Positions 12,735 through 25,313 of a stretch of 64,000 nucleotides of DNA are shown piece after piece. The stretch's first letter is position 1. Each line of letters starts with the position of its first letter. The position numbers were made by a program, and so were the translations under genes. This DNA is from Chiloscyllium plagiosum (taxonomy: Eukaryota). The notes beneath the pieces were generated by a model that was not told the DNA's origin, ran no database searches, and was given only the letters and a program-made list of their open reading frames with translations. Location of the stretch: positions 11,222,507-11,286,506 of the forward strand of contig NC_057719.1 of the NCBI RefSeq assembly GCF_004010195.1, written 5' to 3'.

Positions 12735-13190
12735 TCAGAAATAGGAACAGGTGTAGGCCATTCAGCCCCTCAAGCCTGCTCTACCGTCCAATAGGATTAT
12801 GGCTGATCCAACATTCTTCACGTTTGATTACCCGACTGACCGAGAATCTATCTCAGCCTTATGTGCACATGAGGACTATGTCCCCATACCTCTCTTCACA
12901 AGGGATTCCAAACACTCTCAGTTCTCAGAGAGAAGAAATTCCTACTCATCTTGGTCTTAAATTTATTCTGAGATTATGCTCTCTGGTCCTGGACTGTCCC
13001 ATGAGGGAAAACATCCTCTCAGCATTTACTTTGTCAAGCCCCTTTAAGAATCTTACATGCGATCATTTCTTGTTAACAGAATCCCAACCTGCTTAACCTT
13101 TGCTCATAAGACAATATAGCAGGGATCATCCTAGTGAACCTTCTCTGAACTGTCTCCAATAACATGAGAGCTTTCCCTAAGGGGACAAAC
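12735..13190 (-). mobile_element. CR1 3' fragment
   Basis: agaaataggaacaggtgtaggccattcagccc tail and decayed ORF2 C-terminus. Confidence 0.8.
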
Positions 13191-13517
13191 TGCTGCTCTA
13201 CTGCTATTGAACTGCGTGAGGTGGGGTGGGGCAGAGGTAAGATGAAGTGAAGGCAATTGGATCATCATTTAAATTGGAGACATTTTCAGGGTTACAAGGA
13301 AGAAGCAGGTGAGTGGTATAAAGTGCATTATTAATAAAGAGAGCCATTACAGAAAATGGGCTGAATCGTCTCCTGTGCTGTAAATGTTCTATAGTAGGGG
13401 AAATCAAGGGTTACAGAGAAAAAGCAGGAAAGTGGATCCTGAATGGTGGAGCAGGCCTGAGGGTCAGAACAGACTGCTATCGTTCCTTTTTCTTATGGGC
13501 TTATGATTCCAGGAAAT

Positions 13518-14780
13518 ACAAGGCATGATAGAAGAGGAAGTGCTGGATGTCTTGAAACGGGTAAAGGTGAATAAATCCCCAGGACCTGGTCAGGTGTACC
13601 CGAGAACTCTGTGGGAAGCTAGAGAAGTGATTGCTGGGCCTCTTGCTGAGATATTTACATCATCGATAGTCACAGGTGAGGTGCCGGAAGACTGGAGGTT
13701 GGCTAACATGATGCCATTGTTTAAGAAGGGTAGTAAGGACAAGCCAGGGAACTATAGACCAGTGAGCCTGACGTCAGTGGTGGGCAAGTTGTTGGAGGGA
13801 ATCCTGAGGGACAGGGAGTACATGTATTTAGAAATGCAAGGACTGATTAGGGATAGTCAACATGGCTCTGTGTGTGGGAAATCATGTCTCACAAACTTGA
13901 TTGAGTTTTTTGAGGAAGTAACAAAGAGGATTGATGTGGGCAGAGCGGTTGATGTGGTCTATATGGACTTCAGTAAGGCATTTGACAGGGTTCCCCATGG
14001 GAGACTGATTAGCAAGGTTAGATCTCACGGAATACAGGGAGAACTAGACATTTGGATACAGAACTGGCTCTCTGTATTGTTTTTCAGACTGGAGGCCTGT
14101 GACCAGTGGAGTGCCACAAAGTGCTGGGTCCTCTACTTTTTGTCATTTACATAAATGATTTAGATACGAGCAGCAGAATACAGTTAGTAAGTCTGCAGAT
14201 GACACCAAAATTGGAGGTGTAGTGGACAGCAAAGAAGGTTACCTCAGATTACAACAGGATCTTGATCAGATGGGCCAATGGGCTGAGAAGTGGCAGATGG
14301 AGTTTAATTCAGATAAATGTGAGGTGCTGCATTTTGGGAAAGCAAATCTTAGCAGGACTTATACACTTAATGTTCCCTGAAGCGTCGGAGGCTGAGGGGT
14401 GACCTTATAGAGGTTTACAAAATTGTGAGGGGGCATGGATAGGGTAAATAGGCAAAGTCTTTTTCCTGGGGTGAGGGAGTCCAGAACTAGAGGGTGTAGG
14501 TTTAGGGTGAGAGAGGAAAGATATAAAAGAGACCTACAGGGCAACATTTTCACATAGAGGGTGGTACGTGTATGGAATGAGCTACCAGAGGAAGTGGTGA
14601 AGGCTGGTACAATTGCAACATTTAAGAGGCATATGGATGGGTATATGAATAGGAAGGGTTTGGAGGAATATGGGCCGGGTGCTGGCAGTTGAGACTAGAT
14701 TGGGTTGGGATATCTAGCCGGCATGGACGGGTTGGACCGAAGGGTCTGTTTCCATGCTGTACATTTCTATGACTATGACA
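13518..14780 (+). mobile_element. CR1 (HER1-like) LINE, 5'-truncated with an internal deletion
   Basis: ORF 13525-14154 (KSPGP, VPEDWRLAN, NYRPVSLTSVVGK, VDVVYMDFSKAFD); deletion near 14371; 3' tail. Confidence 0.95.
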
Positions 14781-15534
14781 TGGTCATAAAGGGTACACAG
14801 CTTGAATCAATCAACGCAGTTGAAGAAAAGGTGCTCTCTCTCTCTCTCTCTCCAACATCACAATCCATCGCAGTTGATAAGCTGTGGTTGGGCCCTTTGG
14901 CGTGTTGAGGGGAATATGAGTCCAGGACATTAAACTGGATCAAAATCTACTTACCTCGAACTTAGCTTAGTTTGCAAGGGATCGGAAGACAGAGAAACAC
15001 AAATACAGTGAATATAGTGTAAAATGAATAATGGAAATGCCCTTAAGCAAACCCAACATTTGAATTAAAGGAGTATTTCATGGGGCAGAGCAGTAGAGAA
15101 CCTATATCTGTGTTGTTTCAACTACAGACCAACATTGGCACTGCAGGCAGCAGTGAAATCCTTCTAGACTCAAATGTTTTAATGCTCTCTGTTCGCTACT
15201 CTGTATTGACTTCCAATCCAGCAAACTCCTTTATCATTCTTTCGGACACAGGCATCATTGGCAACACCAACTTTAAGTCCTCTTGAATTGAATGGCTTGC
15301 TGGGCTATTGTTCAGGGTGTTAAGAGTCCACCACATTGCTGTAGTCTGGAGTCACATTGAGGTCAGACTGGGTAAAGACAGATCTTGAGAAAAGACATGA
15401 CTTAACCAAATGGTATAAATAATCGCTGTAATCCATGCGATGGGATTTAAACCTCTTTTACCAGAGCATTCTTGGCCTCTGATTTACCAATCTAGTAACA
15501 TTAATACTACATCACCACACCTTTCACTTTCACT

Positions 15535-15855
15535 TTCCTATCTCTATAATCTCCACCAGTGCAACAGCCAGTTGAGACCCCTGCTCTCCTTTAACTTTGC
15601 CTCCTGCAATTCTCTGAAGTCGATCATTCCACCAGTGACTACCTGTTTCGGCGTCAATCTCCAAAACCTCGACATCTTCCTCTCTTCTCCTTTCAGACGT
15701 TCGTTTAAAACCTGCCTTTTTGACCAGGCTTTTGTTGGCCTTTCCTAACCTCGCTGTTTGCCTCAATGTTAAATGGCTGTTGGATAATTGGGTCTGTGAA
15801 GCCCATTGTGACATTATATGTTGAAGGGTGTTAGGTAAATATAACTTGTCATCAA
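15535..15855 (+). mobile_element. L2-like LINE 3' end
   Basis: tttaaaacctgcctttttgaccaggctttt...tgtgaagcccattgtgaca...aaatataacttgt. Confidence 0.6.
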
Positions 15856-15954
15856 ACTGTACTGCACTGCAGCGTATTCCTGTATTGCACACAAATCCTA
15901 TTCGTGTTCAACTAAAGGAACAATGCCACATGCAAGAAAAAGAGCAGCTGCACT

Positions 15955-16385
15955 GAAACATAGACACATAGAAAATAGCTGCAGGAGTAGGACATTCAGC
16001 CTTTTAAGCCTACACTACAATTCAATATGGTCATGGCTGATCATGCAACCTCAGTATCCCACTCCCTCTTTCTCTCAAAACCCCTTGATCCCTTTAGCTG
16101 CAAGGGCCACATCCAGCTCCCTCCTGAATATATCTAACAAACTGATCCCAACAGCTTTCTGTGGGAGAGAATTCCACCAATTCACAACTCTCCAAGTGAA
16201 GAAGTTCTTCCTCATCTCAGTCCTGAATGGTTTACCCCTCATTCTTCGACTGTGACACCTGATTCTTGACTTCCTCAATATCAGGAACATTCTTTCCACA
16301 CCTAGCCTGTCCAGTCCATTCAGGATTTTATGTTTCTACGTGATTTCCCCTTAAATTCTTCTCAATTCCTTTGAGTACAAGACAT
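15955..16385 (-). mobile_element. CR1 3' fragment
   Basis: ORF 16075-16299 (FRTEMRKNFFTWRVVNWWNSLP) and acataga tail repeats. Confidence 0.88.
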
Positions 16386-18070
16386 CAGATTCACTCCTGA
16401 AACAGTTCTGTGTCCGACAGTACCATGGGAGTACCGCCATCATAAAACCAGCAGTGACTCAAGTAGCCTCAAACCATAAGCTCCTCCACTGAGTAAGTAG
16501 GGATTAGCAACTCTTTGTCCATGTAACCTACTTCTCAGGAACAAACATTGAAGAAAATCAATCCTGTAATTCTTGTAGCTCCTGCCTGGCATTCCTGCTT
16601 CTCCCACCTACACTTCTGTGGGTGATTTCACTATGTTCCAGGAGTCAATATCAGCTCGAGAATTCACTTCTGCAAAGAGTGTACCATTGCCAGATTATTG
16701 TGAAAGAGCTTGTTCGATCAGTTCCCCTCCCCACTGCTCTTTCACTGTAGCACAGCAAACAATTTTCTTTTTCAAGTACAGAATCATTTCCTTCTGAAAG
16801 TTATTATTAAATTGGATCCTACTGGTCTCTTCACATCATAGCATGAAATAGCTCCAGGATGTGATGAAGGGTCACACCTGAGAGCAGAGATGCATTGTTA
16901 TTTAAGGTTCCCAATGTTGTAGGTTAGTGAGAGTCACCGCAGCGGGAAAGGCAGAGTTCAAAGACCCACTTTTGACATTGACTTTGATGGAGTGGGCGAG
17001 CTCACTTCACACCAGGCCCAGCCACACCTCCTCAGCTGTGCATTCATCCCTGCCCTTCAGCCAATTAGTTCCCCATATGGTGTGACCAGCACTTTGTGTG
17101 TCTCAAGAACATCTGTCAGAATCAGACTCCTCTGATTTGAGACATCAATGTGAACCTGAAGTGGATTTCAGCAGGAAATGCAGCAGTAAAACAAAGAGGA
17201 TTCTATCTTTAGAACAGGAAACAATCTCTTGAAATTCCAAGTTTCTTCCTGTGGTGTAGATCAAAAGAGAACACTTCAGAGAGAGAGACACACACATGAC
17301 AGCTCATCACCTAAGGAAGTCTCAAAGTACTTCTCAGCCAATGAAGTACTTTTAAAAAATGTAACGCAGGTATTGTCATATTTGATGAACAAACAGGAAG
17401 CTCCTACTAATAGCAATGTAATGACAGAACCGTTATGGCTTAGAAAGAGGCCATTCAGCCCATTGTGCCTGAACTGGTTCTATTACCTAGTACTGATTCC
17501 CTTCCAGTTTTCCAATATCACTGTACACCATTTCTGTCCGATTAATCATCCAACACCCCTCTTGATTACTCAGTTGAACCTCCACATTTCCCTGCCAGCA
17601 TTCCATAGCTTAACTACTCGCTGTGTAAAAATGATTCTTTTTCAGGTCACCCTTACTTCGATTGCACATCACTCTATATCTATCCCTCTCCTTCTTTATT
17701 CTTTTATGAGCAGGAGCAGCATTTCCTATCCGCTCCAACCAGCCCACTCATGATTTTGAAAACCTCTGTCAAATCTCCTCTCAGACATCTTCTCTCCAGG
17801 GAGGAAATCCAAACTTCTTCAATCAATCCTCATTGCTGAATTTTCTCATTCCTGGAACCATTCTTGGAAACAATTCTGCACACGCTCCAATGCAATCACA
17901 TCTTTTCTATAATATGATGCCCACAATAGTCCAGCTGAGGTCAAGTAAGTGTCGGAAGAGTCACACAGCACGGAAACAGGCCCTTCGGTCCAACCCTGTC
18001 CGTGCTGACCTGGTTTCCTAAACTTAACTGTCTCATTTGCCTGTATTTGGTCCATAATACTTCACCTCCG

Positions 18071-18121
18071 ACCAGGATGGGCGAGTGGTTAAGGTGTTGG
18101 ACTTAAGATCCAATGGACGTA
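18071..18121 (+). pseudogene. tRNA-Leu(UAA) 5' fragment (about 50 nt)
   Basis: accaggatgggcgagtggttaaggtgttggacTTAAgatccaatggac nearly matches the recalled vertebrate tRNA-Leu-TAA 5' sequence ACCAGGATGGCCGAGTGGTTAAGGCGTTGGACTTAAGATCCAATGGAC; anticodon stem ttgga/tccaa; T arm absent. Confidence 0.88.
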
Positions 18122-18123
18122 GA

Positions 18124-18426
18124 GGCGGCACGTGGCACAGTGGTTAGCACTGCTGCCTCACAGTGCCAGAGACCCGGGTTCAATTCCCACCTCAGGCAAC
18201 AGTCTGTGTGGAGTTTGCACATTCTCCCCATGTCTGCATGGGTTTCCTCTGGGTGCTCGGGTTTCCTCCCACAGTCCAAAAATGTGCAGGTTAGGTGAAT
18301 TGGCCATTCTAAATTGCCCGTAGTGTTAGGTGAAGGAGAATGGGTCAGGGTGGGTTGCTCTTCAGAGGGTCGGTGTGGACTTGCTGGACCGAAGGGCCTG
18401 TTTCTAAAAATTCTAATCTAATCTAA
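18124..18426 (+). mobile_element. HE1-like V-SINE fused 3' of the tRNA-Leu fragment
   Basis: ggcggcacgtggcacagtggttagcac...(TCTAA)n. Confidence 0.93.
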
Positions 18427-18857
18427 ACTTTTCTTATCTATGTACCTATCCAAATGTCTTTTAAATGTAGTGATAGTACCACTTCCTCTGACAGCTCGTT
18501 CCATACAAACACCACCCTTTTTTGTGAAAAGGTTGTCCCTCAGGTCCCTTTTAAATCTTTCCCCTCCCATGCCCTCTAGTTTTGGACTCCCCTCCCCCAG
18601 GGAAAAGATTTAGGCTATTCACCCTATCCGTGCTCCTCATGATTTATAAACCTCTATAAGATCACCCCTCAGCCTCTTACACTCCAGGGAAAAAAACCCC
18701 AGCCTATCCAGCCTCTCCTGATAACTCAAATCTTCCAGTCTCTCTAACATATTGCAATTATCTTTTGCACCCTTTTCAGTTTAATAACATTCTTCTTATA
18801 ACAGGATGACCAGAATTTTATGCCAGAATTTTACTCCAAATGTGGCCTGACCACCTA

Positions 18858-19095
18858 GAGAGAACCTCTCTGTTTTTCTTCGAGATGGTGCTGTGGGGTT
18901 GTTTATGTCCACTAACAGAGCAGAAGGGACCTCAGTTTTTGACATTTCATTCAAAATTGACTCCACCAACTGTGCAGATTTCCCACAGCACTGAACAAAA
19001 CTTTCTGCCTTGACTTTTGTGTTCAATTGTGTTCCAGGGAGAACTGGAGCTAATAACCCTCAGAGGCAAATGTGTTACCAAACAAGACACAGCTG
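18858..19095 (-). mobile_element. DeuSINE, degenerate
   Basis: Reverse complement resembles the Deu domain and tRNA head seen at 9337. Confidence 0.55.
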
Positions 19096-19197
19096 GTGCC
19101 ATATGTTTCAACATATCTATCAACTCCCTCTAACTACAGAAATTTGCTATTGCCATCTGCATTCACTCTTACTGTCTGCTTGAGTTGACTGCTTTTT

Positions 19198-19532
19198 ATT
19201 TTAATTCATTCATGGGATGTGGGTATCACTGTCTAGGGCCTAATTGTCCAGAAGGCAGTTAGGAGTCAACCATATTTCTGTGGGTCTGGAGTCACATGTC
19301 AGCCAGACCAGGTTAGAATGGCAGATTCCTTTCCTAAAGGACATTAGTGAACCAGATGATATTTTTTCCAATAATAGACTACGGTTTCATGGTCATTGTT
19401 GGACTGTTAATTCCAGATTTGTCATTGAATTCAAATTATACCAGCTGCCATGGTGGAATTCAAACTTGGATCCCAGAGCATTACCCGAGTCTCTGGATGA
19501 AGTCAAGTGATAACATCACTTGGCCATTGCCT
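19198..19532 (-). mobile_element. Second tRNA-derived SINE family (other copies near 15255, 20140, 34630, 37270, 46860, 50290, 56370, 63050)
   Basis: Shared motif ttaggagtcaaccatatttctgtgggtctggagtcacatg...ccagaccagg...attcctttcctaaaggacattagtgaaccagatg recurs at all listed sites. Confidence 0.8.
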
Positions 19533-21881
19533 CTAGTAATGTTTTCTACTAAAGCTTCTGCAAAAAAAGAAAGCATTCTATTTCCTTCTAGCTCAGAGCC
19601 ATGACTGTACAGGAGGCTGTTCAGCCCATTGTGTCTGTGATAGTCTCATTATAAAAGAATATTCTATGGGAGAACATCCAACCTTGGCAAGTTCACACAG
19701 TCATTACCCATCACAACCCATTGTACACTCTGAATGATCTTTCTTTTTCATCAAAGTTGACTCAAAGGGTGTGTACTGCGCACATAATCAACAGATGCCC
19801 ATTTAATGGCCATTCCAAGTCTTTTCTTCAGGCAATGGCGATGTGGGTAGAGAGATTCGACTTGGATTTCGAAAAAGAGGGGTTGACCAAAAAAGAAAGC
19901 TTTAATCATCTCTGATGAAGTGCATCATGAGAATGCATCTTGTCAGTTCAAAGTAACTCACCCTTTCGAGAAGTGAGGATAGTAGAGGACAAGTGTCTTT
20001 AATAAGAAAAATATTTAATTGGAAATTAAATTCCACAAAATAAATATTTCCAGGGTTGAGAATTGTATTTATTTTTCTCCTTCCTTACTGCAGATTATTG
20101 GCTTTACTCAAATGCTATGCACGATTCCACAGTTGAAGGCACAGGATACATTCAAGGACAGTAGCATTGTAATATTGTGGCAACGCTCCAAAGCCAACAG
20201 TTCATATCTCACCACGGCACCTGTGGGAATTTAAATTCAGTGAATAAATCTGGGATAAAACCTAGTCTCCTTAGTTTCATAATTAAGACGAATGAATTGC
20301 CCGAAAAACCCATCTGATTCAAGACAGGAAATCTGATATCCTTACTAGGCCCGGCCTACGTATGACTCCAGTCAACACAGTGTTGACTCTTAACTGACCT
20401 CTTCACCGCAGTGGTTCCAGAATATGGCCACTCTCTCAAGGGCGATTAAGAACAGCAATGCCTTTCGAGAGAGATGGGTGCTACAGGAGGCAGAATGCTT
20501 CATTTCCCTCTCCAACTCCATACGGATTTAGCCCCTTCCTGTTCTCCCCACCTCCCCTTCACCATTTGATTGTTTACAGTGCCTGTGATGGGCTTTTCAT
20601 GTAAATATTCAATCGACCACACGGGTGATTTACTGCTGGTGGTGGTTAGTAGTTAAAAATCAAAAAAAAGGTAACATGCAATAAACATTGGACATGACAA
20701 TGGTACAAATAATGAATTAGAAAGAGAATTTCAGTTCATAGGAAAATACAGAAAATGTTCCACACCAACAGAAAAAGCAACAGACCAGTCAGCTATTTCT
20801 ACTAACTGCTAAAAGCTTAATTCCTCAAGATTTAAGCCCTGCTTGCTGGATTTATTCCTTTGGACATACGCAAAGATGACACAGCAGTTAGTATGCCTAA
20901 ACAGGAGCTTTTTTTTAATGGTTTAACATACTCACTCTCTCATGTAGCTTAAATCTCAAAAGACAAACATAATGAAGCACCGAACAATGGGACACGACAC
21001 AGCAAACCCCCGGTTGTTGAATAGATGGAGCTTGGAAAGTGTTGAGAATTCACTGCCGTCCCCTCCACCTCCCCGTGTCATCTAGTAAAATGATGTAATG
21101 ACTTAATTCAAAATGACTGTTAATTTCAGGCACAAATTTTAGAAATTATAATTCCACCCACAACTAGGGATGCAGCCATTAAATATTAATACAATGTTTA
21201 AACTCTGTGTCCCTCTTGGGTTTCTAAAGCATGTTCATCACAAATCACTAATATGCAGGGTCAGGATGGATGGAAAACTCGTTCAGCACTGCTTTTCCTC
21301 ATTTGCTCATTCTCTGGGTGAACATTGATGAGTATGAACAGCCTGTTGCACCTACTTTATTTGGGACACAGTGTCAAAGTTCACCAACTACAAGTCAGGG
21401 GCTTCAACTGAGTCAGCTTGTCGGATTCCACCCACAATATTCTTGACTTTATACTTTATAAAATACTTTATACTATCTCCATATCACACCTCACATGCAA
21501 AAGGACATCCTTAAGCATTTGCAAAGGAGATTCTGAGCAAGTCGGAAAACATCACAGCGGTGAGAGGGAGAAAAGAATGGCGTCTAAGTTTCTGACCTTT
21601 CTCCCCAACTCTTTGGAAAACACCGAGAGCTTTTACAAATTACACTACAAATGCATGACAGGCCTTTTCGTTTATTACTGTTGTTCGAACAGGAAACTCA
21701 GAGCAAAATGACTTGGCAGATAAGTACAAGCAACAGTTACTCAAACCCAATGCAATTTTCACCAAATGTCACAGTGTGCAGTGAAAATACCAGAGGAGGC
21801 CCCATGGACATGACAGAACAGGAAAGGTTGGAGTGGTGCTGGAAAAGTTCAGCAGGTCAGGCAGCATCCGAGGAGTAGGAA

Positions 21882-21917
21882 CATCGATGTTTCGGGCAAA
21901 AACCCTTCATCAGGAAT
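21882..21917 (-). ncRNA. Minimal hammerhead ribozyme motif (mirror copy)
   Basis: Reverse complement reads ATTC-CTGATGA-A-GGGT tttt GCCC-GAAA-CA-TC-GATG. Confidence 0.72.
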
Positions 21918-21925
21918 GAGGCCTC

Positions 21926-21961
21926 ATTCCTGATGAAGGGCTTCTGCCTGAAACATCGATT
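21926..21961 (+). ncRNA. Minimal hammerhead ribozyme motif
   Basis: ATTC-CTGATGA-A-GGGC ttct GCCT-GAAA-CA-TC-GATT. Confidence 0.75.
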
Positions 21962-23514
21962 CTTCTGCTCCTTGGATGCTGCCTGACCTGCTGTGCTTTT
22001 CCAGCACCACTCTAATCTAGACTCTGATCTCCAGCACCTGCAGTCCTCACTTTCACCTAGAACAGGAAAGTCTGGCAGTTCCATTTGAAAGCCTGGGTAT
22101 GCTCCACAGCACATCAAAATATTAAAATGCATTAACACAGAAAATGCTGGATAGACGCAACGGGTCAGTAGAAATCTGCTGGAGAGTAAAGGATCAGGTC
22201 AGGTGACGTTTGTTCTCATGAAGCTCCAGCCAAATCTCAAGCTTATCTTTCATCTTCCTATTTCTACACACTGTGTACTTTTCGCTTTAACTTCAGAACT
22301 CCAATTCTAATTATTGATCAATTCCTGGCATTTTTCTCCCTCACATATGTATTTAAACATTGTGAGTGTAGGTATATACTGGAGATTGGATAGTTCTCCA
22401 TTTCTCTGTGATAGTTGCTGACTGCCCACATATCTTCAATGAGAAACAGCCAATGACAGAAAATGGAAGATATTACATTTAACAGTTGGTCCCTATAATC
22501 ATGTGAATTAGCATTGATTACCTGATTGCATGGGGGAGGAATTTTCCAAAAAGATTTCAGCATTAAATTACATGCTGTGAATGGGAGATGAATAGAACGT
22601 AAGACATGCTTAAGTTAGGCTGCTCTAATCGCCATGATGTGGGGCAGACCTGATGGATGAGCAGATAATTTTCCATCCATCAGAACCTGGCTACTCCAGT
22701 GAGGTTACTCACTGTGCAAGTGATAAAGACCAAAGAGGTAGAATGGGAGCTGGCTACCTCATGCCCACAGTCACATAGTCTACTGACATTGTCAGTTCTA
22801 CAGTGAAAAAAATAAGGGAGATGGACTGATTGATTCACTCTTATGGAGAGCTGGCATTGACACAACAGGCCTTCCATTCTGCTGAACCATTCTATGTCTA
22901 TGCCTGAACTCAGAAATGAAATGGGTATGGTGGCTTCAACCATGAATGAAGCGAGGAAGAAATCTTGCATCTAATTAATGGGCTTGGGATTTGAATCTAA
23001 CACAAAAGTGAAGCGCGAGTTATGCATGAAGAACCTGAATCTCAAGATCAAATCTCAGCTTTGACACTTTTCCAAATTAATAAGGCAGCACATCCATCAT
23101 GTAGTTCGGCCACTGGGCATGTACATAATTCAGGTTCAGGCCCATTTGTGTGGCTATCACCCTGAATGTCAGACTGGTGCTCAATGATCATGCAAGATAC
23201 TCATGGGAGGGAGTAACAACTCTAACGTCATGGCTGGCAGGCTGAAAAGAAAGAATGGACAGGGTAACCAGTGTCAGTCCCACTGTTTAAAACAGAACTC
23301 TGGAAACTCTATCTTGTTTTTTGAATAGTAGCTTTAAAATAATAAAATTATCCAAAGCATCTCTCCCTTGGCCCAATGGGAAGATATATTTGAAGGTGAA
23401 TGCTGCCTAGCTTGCTGTGCTCTTCCAGCCTCCTGCTTGCCTATTTTGGATTCCAGCATTTGCAGTTTTTTTGTCTCAAACAAAATCAACAAGGCAAGAG
23501 GTGACAGTTTTATG

Positions 23515-23615
23515 ACACAAGGGTAGTGTTCCTATCTCTGGCCCAGAAGATCTAGGTTCAAGTCCTACCTGCTACAGAACATGTCATAATATGTCTGAAT
23601 CGGTTAATTAAACTA
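23515..23615 (+). mobile_element. Short (about 100 bp) tRNA-derived repeat; other copies near 33190, 50575 and 50850
   Basis: ggtagtgttcctatctctggcccagaag...ggttcaagtcctacctg...tgtcataatatgtctgaa recurs four times. Confidence 0.65.
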
Positions 23616-23645
23616 TCCACAAGTCAAGGGGTTTAAGCCAATGTC

Positions 23646-23739
23646 TAGATTAGAGTGGTGCTGGAAAAGCACAGCAGGTCAGGCAGCATCCAAAGAGCAG
23701 GGCAAAAGCCATTCATCAGGAAAGTCCTTGTTTTTACCT
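23646..23739. mobile_element. Internally deleted PLE-derived short element (family A) with a 20-bp TSD
   Basis: TSD aaggggtttaagccaatgtc at 23626-23645 and 23740-23759; contains ttcatcaggaa (CTGATGA on the minus strand). Confidence 0.85.
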
Positions 23740-23787
23740 AAGGGGTTTAAGCCAATGTCAGTCGATTGAACAAGGAAACTAATTTGG

Positions 23788-24110
23788 GGGTGGCATGGTG
23801 GCTCAGTGGTTAGCACTGCTGCCTCACAGAACCAGGGTCCCACATTCGATTCCAGCCTTGGGCAATTGTCTGTGTGGAGTTTGCACATCCTCCCTGTGTC
23901 TGCGTGGGTTTCCTCTGGGTACTCCGGTTTCCTCCCACAGTCCAAAGATGTGCAGATCAGGTGAATTGGCCATGTTAAATTGCCCGTAGTGTTATGTGCA
24001 TTAGTCAGAGGGAAATAGGTCTGGGTGGGTTACTCTTCAGAGGGTTGGTGTGGGCTTGTTGGGCCGAAGGGCCTGTTTCCACACTGTAGGGAATCTAACC
24101 TAAATCTAAT
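23788..24110 (+). mobile_element. HE1-like V-SINE
   Basis: Complete head, V-domain and tail. Confidence 0.95.
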
Positions 24111-24339
24111 ACAGTGTGAATCAGCTAGATTAAAACAGCAAATACAACTTGCTACAGAAACAAGGCAATGAGTACAAAGAACAAATTATCCTGAACCTTT
24201 CAAGTCAGTGATGACGTGGTTAAATTGTCTGGTTCTCTTTGTTGTGTCAGTATAGTTGCTCGGCACATCATTCTGAAGACAGCTATTTGTCCACAACTCT
24301 AACAGATATACACTAGCTTAACCAGAGGCTCTACAACCA

Positions 24340-24790
24340 GAACAGACAAAGCAGATCAGTAACTCTTTTCATTTACTCTTCCACTAGAGAGCAAGAAACT
24401 ATAAGACCCAAGTCAAGGGGCAACATTTTACATACTATCCAGTCCCTATACTCAAATCCTACAGCTACTGCCTTGCCAATTGACCATCAAGGCATCTCTA
24501 GACAAAGGCACAAAAGTTTCCTAAAGATCCAGAGAAATCCCTTGTACCAATAAAAGACAAAATATTGCCCATCCAACTGGGCTTCAGTCATTCAGAACTG
24601 GTGTTGGCTACTCCAAGACCGTGATGAAGAAGTGGGGACACTGTCAAACATATTCTGTTGACTGTGACTGTGGAAAGGAATCCCAAACAATGAAGTATCT
24701 CCTAGAATATCCTCTACAACCACAGCCATGCAGCCCTGAAGATCTAAATGTCTTCAACTCTTTTGCCAGAGCTTACATGGGAAGGGAAAG
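24340..24790 (+). mobile_element. Vingi/Ingi-like LINE 3' remnant
   Basis: FRTGVGYSKTVMKKWG...CDCGKESQTMKYLLEYP...CSPEDL resembles the C-terminal CxC-H-C knuckle region of Vingi-type ORFs. Confidence 0.6.
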
Positions 24791-25017
24791 GGAAAGAGAA
24801 GGAGTTATGACATGACAAGATGGCAACCTGTATTACCTATCTTTCTATTTAGCTTCTCCCAATTTCTTTCAAGCATGTTTCAGAGAATACAAACGGTGGC
24901 TGTGGGTATGGGTATAGGTGGAGGAGAAGGATTTCATAAAAATACTGAGTTGGAGGACCATTAAGTGCAGTTTTGAAAAGGGTAGGAATTAGGGTTTAGG
25001 AATTTGAACAGAACTAG

Positions 25018-25240
25018 AAGGTAAAGGTAAGGTAACGTCATCATCCCCTTATTAGACGTTAGGGCTACTCTTTCATTAAGGAGAGACAACTGGTGGTGAT
25101 TTAACTTGAGGGCCATCATGCCTCTAGTGAAGAGGAGAGATTGAGGAGAATCCTTCATGGTGATCTTGGTTGGGGTGGGAATTGAACTCACGCTGTTGGT
25201 GTCACACTGTATCATTAACCAGCTATCCAATCAACCCCCT
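25018..25240 (-). mobile_element. tRNA-derived SINE with a (TTTACC)n-like tail
   Basis: gtgggaattgaactc (B box on minus strand) and aaggtaaaggtaaggtaa tail. Confidence 0.55.
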
Positions 25241-25313
25241 CCAGAAGGACAAGGACCGGTGAGTTAAAGAACAGGGAGCATGGAGATTGGCGAGTTGAAC
25301 TCAATGAAGTCTC

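Larger units (their letters stand above)
17425..18855 (-). mobile_element. Two adjacent CR1 3' fragments, the second interrupted by the tRNA-Leu/SINE chimera
   Basis: YYRKDVIALERVQ; tail cacagcacggaaacaggcccttcgg at about 17960; CR1 resumes at about 18426. Confidence 0.8.
21827..22058. mobile_element. Fold-back PLE-derived short element (family A) with a hammerhead on each strand and a 12-bp TSD
   Basis: Axis ggaatgaggcctcattcc; arms of about 95 bp; TSD agaacaggaaag at 21815-21826 and 22059-22070. Confidence 0.95.

Noticed and set aside
14950..14990. Minus-strand donor GAG/GTAAGT suggesting a micro-exon
   Set aside because: A good donor alone, with no supported acceptor or reading frame.
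21827..22058. Palindromic elements as DNA-transposon MITEs
   Set aside because: The arms are asymmetric, TSD length varies from 11 to 185 bp, single-arm copies exist, and a hammerhead motif is present. All of this fits Penelope-like retroelement ends.
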